Source of the DNA: a virus
Length of the DNA stretch: 64,000 nt
IMG/VR virus record: IMGVR_UViG_3300034284_002648
Coordinates: 16,258-80,257 of that record
Reading direction: 5' to 3' (one strand)
The translations under genes were made by a program, and so were the position numbers. Below the pieces are notes generated by a model. The model ran no database searches. It was given only the letters and a program-made list of their open reading frames with translations, and was not told the DNA's origin. Positions 1 through 10,051 of this stretch are shown here, in pieces (the first letter of the stretch is position 1; each line of letters starts with the position of its first letter).

Positions 1-2
1 CA

Positions 3-611
3 ACAAACACATTTACTCCAACAAACACATCAACACCAACCAACACACCAAGCTTTTCGCCTACCAATACCGTAACACCCAGTAATACTCCTACCAATAC
101 AGTCACTCCAACATATACTGCTACTCCAACACCCAGTCCGAGATATGTGAATGTTCTAAGTGTAGAACAGTCAAATAAATCGGCTATAGTAGGACTATCT
201 GCTACTGGTTCTTGGACACAAACATTTACAAATAATATTTTTGGTAGATTATCTAGAATAGAAACTATGTTTGTTGGATTATATAGTGGTACAGGTACAG
301 TGCAAATTTACAGTGGACAACCAGGTAATAATATGACACTATTACATAGCCAAAGTGTCAATATTCAGGCCAGTAATTCTTATCAATATAATACTTGGGA
401 TATTACTTCTGGAATTAATATCAATTTAATACCAGGATCTACATATACTATTAAATTTATGCCAAATAATGATTTACCAGATCCATACGGTATGGTAATT
501 AGTTTAAATAATCAATATATTGGAGGAGCTTTCTGTGAGGATGATTCGTGTATTAAGAAGGATAGAGATCTGGTGTTTAGGGTTTATGTAGGGGTGTTAG
601 CCACATCCTAG
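3..611 (+). CDS. 5'-truncated Thr/Pro-repeat protein with a C-terminal beta-sandwich (lectin/adhesin-like) domain
   Basis: The frame of the 147..611 ORF is open to the window edge (TNTFTPTNTSTPTNTPSFSPTNTV...PTPSPRYVNVL), so GTG147 is internal. The C-terminal domain (QTFT...IYSGQPG...LIPGSTYTI...YIGG...DLVFRVYV) looks all-beta. Confidence 0.75.
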   Translation, partial: TNTFTPTNTSTPTNTPSFSPTNTVTPSNTPTNTVTPTYTATPTPSPRYVNVLSVEQSNKSAIVGLSATGSWTQTFTNNIFGRLSRIETMFVGLYSGTGTVQIYSGQPGNNMTLLHSQSVNIQASNSYQYNTWDITSGININLIPGSTYTIKFMPNNDLPDPYGMVISLNNQYIGGAFCEDDSCIKKDRDLVFRVYVGVLATS

Positions 612-622
612 GAGAAAAATAG

Positions 623-3600
623 ATGATCGAATTTGTACAAATTATAAATGGATCAATTAATCGTGGTGTATTACCATCCCTTAATGGAGCAGTATTAACA
701 TCTTATAATCCTCACGGATGTAATGCTGCGGTATTTGATTATTTTTTGGTAATAACTGGTCAAGACGGAGTATCAAATCGCAGAGAGATATTCCTATTTA
801 CAATCAACCACAATACATTTGGTGCTGTTAATATTGGTGGAAAAATCTATGCCCCATACGGAGGAAATACTCCCGCTAAAGAGACATTTGTTGGACTACC
901 TATTCCACTAAGCGGTGAAAGATATTTCATAGATGTTAGACCAAATAGACTAACACCAAATCCACACTGGGCTATGAATCTATGTATATCTGGAAATGGT
1001 TTGGCGTTTACCAAAGATGGTGTTACCGCTGGTTTATGTGCAGCTCCACTAGGAACTATTACACAACCATTACCAACCCCACCTCCAACATCTACTCCTA
1101 CTCCTACTCCTACAACAATCATATCTCAATGTAAATATAATTTAACTATCAACCCAAAAACCCATGGACCAAATACTCCATTAGATACTGGCGTTGATAT
1201 AGATATAACAAATGGTAGAAATATCCGACTAGTAATAGGTACTATTGGAACGATAGATTCTAGTTTTGGTACTCCAAGCGGACCCAATGGACTTCCAAAC
1301 ACCGTTGGACCTAATTATATATTTGAAAGACAGTCGTTGTTGGGTAAAATAGGAATGAATGGAACCCCATTCAAGGTAGGAACATCATATAATAATATAC
1401 CAACAACAAGCGGTAGACTCTACTTGTTTGTAGATTTATCTTCTCCGAGTTTTGCTACAGGCAGTTTTTTATCGTCCATCAGTTACGGCTTTACACCCTG
1501 CATAAGTCAAACACCAACATCTACAGCAACTCCAACAACCACCCCTCCATCTACACCATGTATATTTAATAATAGTATACTTAGTAATAGTAGTTTTGAG
1601 AATGGGGTTACAGATTGGGATAAATATGCTGTTAATTTAGCTCCAAATAAAGGTAAAATAGCTTTATCTTTACCTATGAATGGAACTAATGGTTCACAAA
1701 ATTTCTTAGATACTAGCCCAGAGGGAAAAACGGTAAAAGTATACGAAGACGCGACAATCAGTACTCTTAACTATAGAGTTGGAGGATCCAGCGCCTATTT
1801 CAACCAATCTGCTATAATTAAAGATTCAATAGTATGCAATAATTTTTATTTAGAGGCCAACAAATCTGGATTTTTTAATACAGGTGTTTATTTTAATACA
1901 GGAGAAAATATTTTTATCTCCAGTGAAGGCTGTGCTACATTTAATGGAACGAATCCTTTTTCAGGAGGATATATTAATGGTGTTATAGTTGATTCTGCTA
2001 ATCCAACACTGGGTTCAGTATCAAACAATAATAATGTTATATCTTTTGGAAAGACATATTCTGGTAAAGCTCTATCATCTGGCTACCTATTTTTAGGAAT
2101 AAATGATTCGTTCTATGGAGATAATACTGGAGGATATTGTGTATGTGTGAAAAAAGATATCCTGGACCCAGACTGTAACAGCATAACTAATAGTCCTAAT
2201 AAATTTATAGATCAAACAAAATGTAAACAAAATATTCAGAATTGGATTTATCTAGATGATAGTCAAGATTGGGATTTTATTTGTAGCGGAGATTTTACGC
2301 TTGAGATGTGGATCAATTTTGATGATGTGTCAAAAGTTATAGGTATCTGTGGACAATCAGACGGACCATTATTAAATAATAAATGGGGACTATATTATAA
2401 TGGAACATCCACAACAAATGTTGTTAACGTTGGACATATAGGTATATTAATTGGAGATAAAACATTCTCTTCATCTATTAGCGTACCATGGAAACCTATT
2501 ACTGGAAGATGGTATAATTTAGCAATTACTAGAGAAGATAATAATTGGAAATTCTTTATAGATGGACTACAAATAGGTTCAACAGTTATCTCATCTCTTA
2601 GACCGGGAAGATCATTAGGACAACTAAGAATAGGCGCAGACGGCGAAAATTTTGCCAGATTTAGTGGATTCATGAATAGTTTTAGGATAGTCAAAGGGTA
2701 TGTTGCTTATAAGAATAATTTCATTCCGTCTACTACCCCACTTACAAATAATCTTCCTATCACTGTCAGCAATGCTGATGTTGATTCTGTTGTAGATGGA
2801 AACGAATGCTTGTTACTAAATGCCGATGGATGGGTGTCCCAATCTTTCTTAGCTAGTCCTGGCCAAAGATATATTTTAAGATTTAAATATAGCTCAGATA
2901 TAGCTAATAAAAATATTCTTTTGCCTACACCTACCGTTACTCCAAGTATAACTCCATCTAGAAGAAACTTTACCCCATCAAATTTATTAGATCAACAAAT
3001 TACTGTTGGTAGTGGTCCAGTCGATTTAGTTTCTGATCCAATAAACCGTAAATTATATGTTGCTAATTCTCTAAGTAATAATATTAGTGTAATAGATCCA
3101 TATTCATATAAAACATTGAATACATTCGACACAGGAGCTGGACAGTGGACATCGGTAGTATCTGGTGGCGTGGTGAATACTGCTCCCGGAAAATTTGCCA
3201 AAACATCCGGCAGTAATAACTGGAATGCTCAGGTATACTCCAATGAAGGGTTCGTAAGAAGCGCATACTGCTCCGCTCGTGCATCACAAACCAATGCCGG
3301 TATAATGTTTGGTCTAACCTCTGACCCAAAAGCAGATGCTGATTTTACTGATATAAATTATTGTTGGTATTTTAATTCTAATGGAATTTTAGAAATTTAT
3401 GAAAATAATGTCAGTAGAGGAGGTTTCGGAACATATACAACTTCTACTGTTGTATCCATTACATATGACGGAAATAATATTATATATGCAAAAGACGGAG
3501 CAGTACAGAGAACCGTCAGTCGTCCAATAGGCAGCGCATTATTTTTAGATAGCAGTTTCTTCAACGTTTCATCCGAATTAAATGCTGTTACATTCGCCCC

Positions 3601-6600
3601 ATCCGTTACAGGACAAGGTGGACCAGTAGCACTAGGAATTAATAAGAAAACTAACAAGCTGTATATAGCCAATAATACTAGTAATATGGTTACTATTATA
3701 GATACTAATACAGATGCTTTTATTGGTAGTATAAATATAAATGATGGGCCAAAAAATATAACAGTAGATGATATATTAAATAAGGTTTATGTATCTACAG
3801 ATACATCTGTTGTTGTGTTAGACGGATATAATGATAAAGTTTTATATATTATTAATTGCAGACAATATAATGCTAAACCAGGTAAAGTTGTTTTAGATAC
3901 ATCCTTAAATAGGGTTTTTGTTCTATTAGATCAACCATCATATAGTAACAGCACACCCTCCCTCCTATATTTTGATGGTAATAGTAATGTTACACCCACC
4001 ATTAATACTATCATATCCGAACCATTAAAAGACTTCTATATAGACTCTACATCAAATACCCTACACGCAACATTTAAGTTTACAGGATATGGAAAAGATA
4101 ATCAACTATTTAAATTGAATACTCTGAGTACGAATAAGTCCTTGTCTGCTGAATGTTTCTTGTCAGGAACAACCAAGCTTATGGTTTCTGGCTTAGACCT
4201 AATATATGATCAGGCTACTGGTAGAACTTATCTATATGACAGATCAACAAATACACTATACTTAACATATTCATCTAACATAACTTCTTCGACCAAGAAA
4301 GTATTTGTTACTTCAGGTATAGTTTATGCTGGCTCTTTTATTAAGATTAACGAGGTTTACGACGATCCTAGATTAATTTTTATTAATAGCAGTAATTCTA
4401 GAATATTCTTTGTTAATGTGCCTAATCAGTTACCACTATCGGTTTCTTTAGACACTGTTTCCACAGGAAATAGACCAATTGATGGAGATATCAATCCTTT
4501 AACACTGAAGGCATATATAACTAATTTTAATAGCGAAGATATAACAATAGTAACAGGATTAACTAATAATCCGATTACTTCTGTCTCTAGACAATCTGTT
4601 AATGTTGGTAAAAATCCAAGAGCATCAGCTATCAATAAAAACACCAATAAGATCTATGTATCCCTGATTACCACAAGTCAAATAGCAGTAATAAATGGAT
4701 CCACAGATACAGTTGAACAATATATTAGCGTTAATAAATTTCCCAAATATATAACAGTCGATCACGCCCTAAATCGCATATATGTTTCCACCGCCTCAAC
4801 AATAGATATTATAGATTGTACAACCAACACAATAATAGCATCTATTCCCCATAATTTATCTGCTGGACAATTAGGCAAAGCCATAATTGATTCAAATGCC
4901 AGAAGAGTCTTTTTCATGGTGGATTACACATCATTACTTAATCCTGCTAATGGTAGCTACTCTGTAGTCGCAGACCCCAACGACCCATCATTGCTCTATT
5001 TTGATACTAATTTTACATCTGTTCCAAATTTAGCAAGTATTAATTATGGTCCAATAAGTGATTTCTTTATTGATGAATTTTTTAATAATTTATACGCTAT
5101 TCCTTTCAATGATACAACAACATCTTTCTTAAGAATCAACACTGTTACCTTAGCCAATAGTACCTCTCCAAATATTCTCGATCCAAATAATAAACCAATT
5201 CAAATTGGGAATTCATTGTTATATTACAATACCGTTTCCAGCAGAGTTATACTACACGATCCCGATGCTCAAATTATTTATACATTCTATTCTTTAGCTC
5301 TTAGTGGAACAACAGATATTAAGACGAATGTATACTTAAATAATGTTATAAATATTAGATCTCTATTTATTAATACTGCATATGATGATAATAAAGTATA
5401 TCTATTAAATAGTGACTATGATAGAATTAATATCGCTGATCCATCAACCGTATTGAATGTCACATTTACTCCAACTCCGACTAGGGCAACGGCCACACCA
5501 ACGCCAACGCCTACAATTACACCCCCAAACAATGCTAAAAATCTTATAGTTGCTATAGGTTCGGATAGTGGTTCTACATTATGGAAAAATCCAACATCAG
5601 AATTTGATCCGGTAGTAGGCTTGACACAGACCGTATTTAGCTATAACCCAGATATTTATCCAAACCATTCATTAAATAATGTTGTTTGGACTGAAGGCGT
5701 TGTATTATACACACCAGCAACCCCATCTAATAGAATAGTATTCAAGACAACTTCAGGTAACATTTTACTGGATTCTATCAATATTTGTGGACAACTAAAT
5801 ATTACCAAAACACCAACACCAACCAATACGATAACACCAAGCATCACACCCACCAAAACACCAACAAGTAGCGTTACACCTAGCGTTACTCCAACCATAT
5901 ATACCGACCCATCGTTAAATATTAAACACTATCTTGGTGTTAGTAGAAAAAAGCGCCTATATAGCTGGGGATTGAATAGTAATGGAGAATTAGGTCAAGG
6001 AGACACTATTTCTCGTATCACCCCAACCCTATTTAGGGTCCCAGGATGGAAAAGAGTCATAAGCAACCCATACTTCTTAACTGCATCACCATCCAAGGAT
6101 ATCGGCAATTTATGGTACGGCATCAAAAATAATTATACTTTATGGGAATGGAGAGAAAAATCACCTTCTACCCTTGATGGTGAATTGCTGTTCGTTACTC
6201 CTAATGTCTATAGTTTTGTTTATAAGAATGCAAGTTCTATATACTATATTCATAGCGATTCTCGTAAGCTATATAGTTATGACTTAATACAGTATCAAAG
6301 AAGCTATCAGCCAATTATAGATGAAAAAGTTTATGATGTAGTAAGCATAGCTCCAAATTTCTTTGCTGTTTTATATGATGGCGAAACAGATTTATTAATC
6401 CGCATCAATGGTGAAGATAGCTTTTTGAAATTCAACAAAGATGAATACCTACAATTATCAGCAAATAGTAATGGCACCCTCTTTGCTATAAAAAATGATA
6501 ACAAGCTCTATGCATTAGGCAATAATACTAATGGTCAAATAGGTAATAATAGTAAACAATATATACAATTTTTAACTAAAATTGGTAATATGTCATGGAA

Positions 6601-7735
6601 ATTTATAAGTAGTGGACAAAAACACACCCTTGCTATTAATACAGATGGTAATCTATATGGCTGGGGAGATAATTTCTATGGTCAACTTGGAGACGGAACT
6701 GCAAGAGAAAGACTTGTTCCAACAGCGTCGGTGAATACATCTACGGATTGGACAGAAGTTTTTGCAGGCACGACCTATTCTCTTGGTAAACAATCTAGTA
6801 ATGTTTTATATGGCTGGGGTCAAAATAATGAATATATGTTAGGCCTCTTCCCTCCAACAACAAGCAACATATCTGCACCAACAGCACTATTAGGTTATTG
6901 GACGGACATTACATTATCTAGCAATAGTGTTTTTGCTCTTGGAGAACCACCACCAACACCCACACCATCAGTTACAACTACAGTAACTCCATCTATTACT
7001 CCAACAAAAACACCAACACAAACACCAACAACCAGCAATACTCCTACTAAGACACCAACATGTACAGGTACTTCGACCCCGACAAATACTGCTACTCCTA
7101 CTAATACTGTAACAAATAGTGCAACACCCACTAATACTCCTACTCCCACATTAACCGGTACTGTAACTGTAACACCAACCGTATCTAATACGCCAACAAA
7201 TACAGCTACTCCAACTAATACTGCAACTCCTACAGTAACAAGAACTCCAACAAATACGCCAACTAACACAATCACTCCAAGTAGTACTAGTACGCAAACT
7301 CCTACAAATACTCTAACAAATACTCCAACAAATAGTGTCACTCCTAGTATTACTCCAACCATGACTCCCACTCAGACTATGACAAACACTCTGACAAATT
7401 CACCAACACCAACTATCACTCCATCAACAAGTCCATTGCTTACTGTATTTTTCTATTATATTTCTGAAAGCCAATCTGATATTTGTAATAATAAAGAGGC
7501 CAATACAGTTAGAGTTATTAGTGTATACGATAGAGATAATAGTTTACAGTCTGGATCTTTTATATACAAAGATAAATATGCAAATACAAAATGGGTATTT
7601 AATGATTTAGAAACTATACTAAATACCAGCGCCCCTGTAATATATATGTTAGAGCTAAGTTCTAATAAATTATCTACACTTATTGCAGATAATAATGGAT
7701 ATGCTATAATAGATGAACAAGACATTAGTTGCTAA
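623..7735 (+). CDS. Giant multidomain virion adhesin/fibre protein (PA-IL-like x2, LamG/ConA-like, split CBM-like, YVTN propeller x2, RCC1 repeats, PT tracts)
   Basis: 2370 aa with an AGGAG RBS upstream. LamG motifs [10 protein letters not shown] / WYNLAITRE / [13 protein letters not shown]; YVTN-type KLYVANS, KLYIANN, KAYITNF; RCC1-type [30 protein letters not shown]; long TPT tracts. Confidence 0.8.
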   Translation: MIEFVQIINGSINRGVLPSLNGAVLTSYNPHGCNAAVFDYFLVITGQDGVSNRREIFLFTINHNTFGAVNIGGKIYAPYGGNTPAKETFVGLPIPLSGERYFIDVRPNRLTPNPHWAMNLCISGNGLAFTKDGVTAGLCAAPLGTITQPLPTPPPTSTPTPTPTTIISQCKYNLTINPKTHGPNTPLDTGVDIDITNGRNIRLVIGTIGTIDSSFGTPSGPNGLPNTVGPNYIFERQSLLGKIGMNGTPFKVGTSYNNIPTTSGRLYLFVDLSSPSFATGSFLSSISYGFTPCISQTPTSTATPTTTPPSTPCIFNNSILSNSSFENGVTDWDKYAVNLAPNKGKIALSLPMNGTNGSQNFLDTSPEGKTVKVYEDATISTLNYRVGGSSAYFNQSAIIKDSIVCNNFYLEANKSGFFNTGVYFNTGENIFISSEGCATFNGTNPFSGGYINGVIVDSANPTLGSVSNNNNVISFGKTYSGKALSSGYLFLGINDSFYGDNTGGYCVCVKKDILDPDCNSITNSPNKFIDQTKCKQNIQNWIYLDDSQDWDFICSGDFTLEMWINFDDVSKVIGICGQSDGPLLNNKWGLYYNGTSTTNVVNVGHIGILIGDKTFSSSISVPWKPITGRWYNLAITREDNNWKFFIDGLQIGSTVISSLRPGRSLGQLRIGADGENFARFSGFMNSFRIVKGYVAYKNNFIPSTTPLTNNLPITVSNADVDSVVDGNECLLLNADGWVSQSFLASPGQRYILRFKYSSDIANKNILLPTPTVTPSITPSRRNFTPSNLLDQQITVGSGPVDLVSDPINRKLYVANSLSNNISVIDPYSYKTLNTFDTGAGQWTSVVSGGVVNTAPGKFAKTSGSNNWNAQVYSNEGFVRSAYCSARASQTNAGIMFGLTSDPKADADFTDINYCWYFNSNGILEIYENNVSRGGFGTYTTSTVVSITYDGNNIIYAKDGAVQRTVSRPIGSALFLDSSFFNVSSELNAVTFAPSVTGQGGPVALGINKKTNKLYIANNTSNMVTIIDTNTDAFIGSININDGPKNITVDDILNKVYVSTDTSVVVLDGYNDKVLYIINCRQYNAKPGKVVLDTSLNRVFVLLDQPSYSNSTPSLLYFDGNSNVTPTINTIISEPLKDFYIDSTSNTLHATFKFTGYGKDNQLFKLNTLSTNKSLSAECFLSGTTKLMVSGLDLIYDQATGRTYLYDRSTNTLYLTYSSNITSSTKKVFVTSGIVYAGSFIKINEVYDDPRLIFINSSNSRIFFVNVPNQLPLSVSLDTVSTGNRPIDGDINPLTLKAYITNFNSEDITIVTGLTNNPITSVSRQSVNVGKNPRASAINKNTNKIYVSLITTSQIAVINGSTDTVEQYISVNKFPKYITVDHALNRIYVSTASTIDIIDCTTNTIIASIPHNLSAGQLGKAIIDSNARRVFFMVDYTSLLNPANGSYSVVADPNDPSLLYFDTNFTSVPNLASINYGPISDFFIDEFFNNLYAIPFNDTTTSFLRINTVTLANSTSPNILDPNNKPIQIGNSLLYYNTVSSRVILHDPDAQIIYTFYSLALSGTTDIKTNVYLNNVINIRSLFINTAYDDNKVYLLNSDYDRINIADPSTVLNVTFTPTPTRATATPTPTPTITPPNNAKNLIVAIGSDSGSTLWKNPTSEFDPVVGLTQTVFSYNPDIYPNHSLNNVVWTEGVVLYTPATPSNRIVFKTTSGNILLDSINICGQLNITKTPTPTNTITPSITPTKTPTSSVTPSVTPTIYTDPSLNIKHYLGVSRKKRLYSWGLNSNGELGQGDTISRITPTLFRVPGWKRVISNPYFLTASPSKDIGNLWYGIKNNYTLWEWREKSPSTLDGELLFVTPNVYSFVYKNASSIYYIHSDSRKLYSYDLIQYQRSYQPIIDEKVYDVVSIAPNFFAVLYDGETDLLIRINGEDSFLKFNKDEYLQLSANSNGTLFAIKNDNKLYALGNNTNGQIGNNSKQYIQFLTKIGNMSWKFISSGQKHTLAINTDGNLYGWGDNFYGQLGDGTARERLVPTASVNTSTDWTEVFAGTTYSLGKQSSNVLYGWGQNNEYMLGLFPPTTSNISAPTALLGYWTDITLSSNSVFALGEPPPTPTPSVTTTVTPSITPTKTPTQTPTTSNTPTKTPTCTGTSTPTNTATPTNTVTNSATPTNTPTPTLTGTVTVTPTVSNTPTNTATPTNTATPTVTRTPTNTPTNTITPSSTSTQTPTNTLTNTPTNSVTPSITPTMTPTQTMTNTLTNSPTPTITPSTSPLLTVFFYYISESQSDICNNKEANTVRVISVYDRDNSLQSGSFIYKDKYANTKWVFNDLETILNTSAPVIYMLELSSNKLSTLIADNNGYAIIDEQDISC
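6945..7435 (+). repeat. Coding Thr/Pro low-complexity tract (ACN-CCN-ACN-AAY degenerate repeats)
   Basis: About 160 aa of TPT/TNT. Similar tracts lie at 3-146, 8025-8145, 8710-8885, 9185-9530, 12445-12730, 15585-15925 and 33384-35066. Confidence 0.9.
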
Positions 7736-7753
7736 TAGAATTGATTATAATAT

Positions 7754-9814
7754 ATGCTATACAATATAAATTTATCACAATATAATTTATGTCATACATT
7801 AACCACCACTACAGTAGATATAGATACTACTGATATAAGTGTTGGTAACTATCTATATAAAACAAATAATATTCCTTTTTTATGGACAGAATTAAGAGCT
7901 ATAAGCTCATTATTTGCCACATCTAGAAGTTTCTATCTCAATAGAACCAATGATACGACCACCATACAAGTAAAAGAAGACTTGACAAATGGCTATGCAT
8001 TAATTGTGGAAGTCAACGCAACATGTCCTACTCAAACTCCTACTCCGTCCATTACAGCATCCAATACTCCCACACCAACTAATACGCCAACACCCACTAA
8101 TACTAGAACGCCCACAAGAACCCCAACTGTTACACCTAGTCCTCCTTTAAATAGATATTTATATTATGTCTCATCTAATTTAGAAGATGTTTGCTATAAT
8201 AGATCTTCTACAGTAGTTAATCCTATCAGTCTGTTCGATATTAATTCAACCCTAGAAATAGGGTCTTTCATATATAAAAACTCATCAGCTACTAGCAGAT
8301 GGTTATTTAGTGAACTCACCACAAGATTAGGTGTTGTGGTATCTAAACTATATTTAATTCAGAGTAGTACAGGTTTGGTGGCCAGTATAATTTCTGGAAC
8401 GGGTGGCTTTGCCGTCGTCGATGCAGACAACATACAATGTCCTGCTATGCAAATGTCAGATGAAACATATTTATTATGTCATACAAATTCATATGTTAAT
8501 GTACAAATCAGCACAAAAAGTTTAGCAATCAGCAATTATATTTATAAGAATAATGGTATAGATAATTGGACTTGGACAGAGTTAGTGGCATTGGATCCAT
8601 CTTTTTCTGGTGCTGTAAAATTATTCTTAAAAAGGAATAACTATATTATACGTATAGAGCAAGACATAGCAACAGACTATGCTGTTATTACAGATACAAC
8701 CACCATATGTCCAACACAAACACCTACTCCAACCAGAACATCTACACCAACTATAAGTGTAAGTCCGACAGTATCAGTCACACCATCTAATAGCAACACT
8801 CCTACTCCGAGCATTACTCTAAGTCGCACACCAACAAACACCCCTACTCCATCATATTCTCCTACTCCAACACCTACAGCAACAGACCCATTGAATGGAG
8901 TATACTATTATCTTTCTAATGATTCTTATGCTTTATGTCATAATAATCCTGGTAAAATAATTTTAGTTTATGATAATAACGGTATACTAAATATTGGAGA
9001 AATATTATATCAAACATCAAATGCTTTAGATATTTGGATGTATAGTGAGCTATTAACACTATTAGGTTTACTATCATCTGATGAACTATATATTAGAAGA
9101 CAAATAGGTGCTTCAACAACAACCTACAAGATAATATCTAATCAGAATGGGGAATCAGAAGTTGCAGATATTCAAGTTTGTGTTACACAAACGCCAACAC
9201 CAACTCCAACGAACACTCAAACACCCACTAATACTCAAACACCAACACAAACACTTACTAGTACTCCTACAAATACAAATACTCCTACTACTAGTGAGAC
9301 CCCAACAAACACACCTACCAATACAAATACTCCTACAATGACGGAGACACCAACCAACACACCTACACCAACTAATACGGCCACACCAACTATAACAACT
9401 ACTCAAACACCAACTAATACTAGTACCCCAAGCGAAACACCAACTAATACCCCAACACCAACCAACACATCAACAGTAACTCCTACTGCCACAACAACTA
9501 GTACCACTACAGTTACTCCTTCTCCAACAGCTATTTATATTTATAAAGCGATAAATATGAAAATTAATAGAGTAATTATTGGACATAATTATAAAGTAGA
9601 ATTGTCTACAGACGATATTGGATTGGCCAAGGTTGAACCATCCATAATAACATTTACAGGAACTTATGATCCTCAAAATATAGCATTTAAAATAGGGTTC
9701 TCTGCTGCTTTAGCTACCATTATATTAAATGCCAAAGTAACAGATTTAGATACAAATATGATAGAATATAATACTGTATTTATTAAATGTAATGAAATAC
9801 AAGATTGTTATTAA
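7754..9814 (+). CDS. PT-rich structural protein with four Cys-bounded ~90-aa repeat domains and a C-terminal Ig-like domain
   Basis: 686 aa. Four repeats of C...G.(Y/F/I)(I/L)Y(K/Q)...W..(T/S)EL...(L/F)Y(L/I)...YA.I...C separated by TPT tracts. Confidence 0.7.
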   Translation: MLYNINLSQYNLCHTLTTTTVDIDTTDISVGNYLYKTNNIPFLWTELRAISSLFATSRSFYLNRTNDTTTIQVKEDLTNGYALIVEVNATCPTQTPTPSITASNTPTPTNTPTPTNTRTPTRTPTVTPSPPLNRYLYYVSSNLEDVCYNRSSTVVNPISLFDINSTLEIGSFIYKNSSATSRWLFSELTTRLGVVVSKLYLIQSSTGLVASIISGTGGFAVVDADNIQCPAMQMSDETYLLCHTNSYVNVQISTKSLAISNYIYKNNGIDNWTWTELVALDPSFSGAVKLFLKRNNYIIRIEQDIATDYAVITDTTTICPTQTPTPTRTSTPTISVSPTVSVTPSNSNTPTPSITLSRTPTNTPTPSYSPTPTPTATDPLNGVYYYLSNDSYALCHNNPGKIILVYDNNGILNIGEILYQTSNALDIWMYSELLTLLGLLSSDELYIRRQIGASTTTYKIISNQNGESEVADIQVCVTQTPTPTPTNTQTPTNTQTPTQTLTSTPTNTNTPTTSETPTNTPTNTNTPTMTETPTNTPTPTNTATPTITTTQTPTNTSTPSETPTNTPTPTNTSTVTPTATTTSTTTVTPSPTAIYIYKAINMKINRVIIGHNYKVELSTDDIGLAKVEPSIITFTGTYDPQNIAFKIGFSAALATIILNAKVTDLDTNMIEYNTVFIKCNEIQDCY

Positions 9815-9825
9815 AAGGACATTTT

Positions 9826-10050
9826 ATGGCTATTAAAAATATATCATTGTCTGATGTTGCAGATAAACTAGTTGTCAGTAGTATGAACATTAACGATAGT
9901 TCATTGACGGAAAGAAAAAACAACATCTTTTCAACAGCATCATACTATTTATTCTCAATTAATAAACCAGCTTTTGCTATAGAACTAGCAGAGAACATCA
10001 ATCCTGTAACTTTCAGTCCGTCTAGAGACTCTCCACCTTTGTCTACATAA
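9826..10050 (+). CDS. Small hypothetical protein (74 aa)
   Basis: An AAAGGA RBS precedes ATG9826 (MAIKNISL...), a better start than the TTG9805 in the track. The ORF fills the gap between two large genes. Confidence 0.6.
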   Translation: MAIKNISLSDVADKLVVSSMNINDSSLTERKNNIFSTASYYLFSINKPAFAIELAENINPVTFSPSRDSPPLST

Positions 10051-10051
10051 T

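Noticed and set aside
6895-7371. Antisense ORFs rich in GV/VGV repeats (also 847-1122, 5656-5898, 11056-11358, 33476-34603)
   Set aside because: These are mirror translations of the ACN-CCN (Thr-Pro) tracts, which lack stops on the reverse strand. They have no independent support.
7733-7756. Stop-codon readthrough fusing the in-frame 2370-aa and 686-aa genes
   Set aside because: The spacer has four in-frame stops of all three types (TAA TAG AAT TGA TTA TAA).
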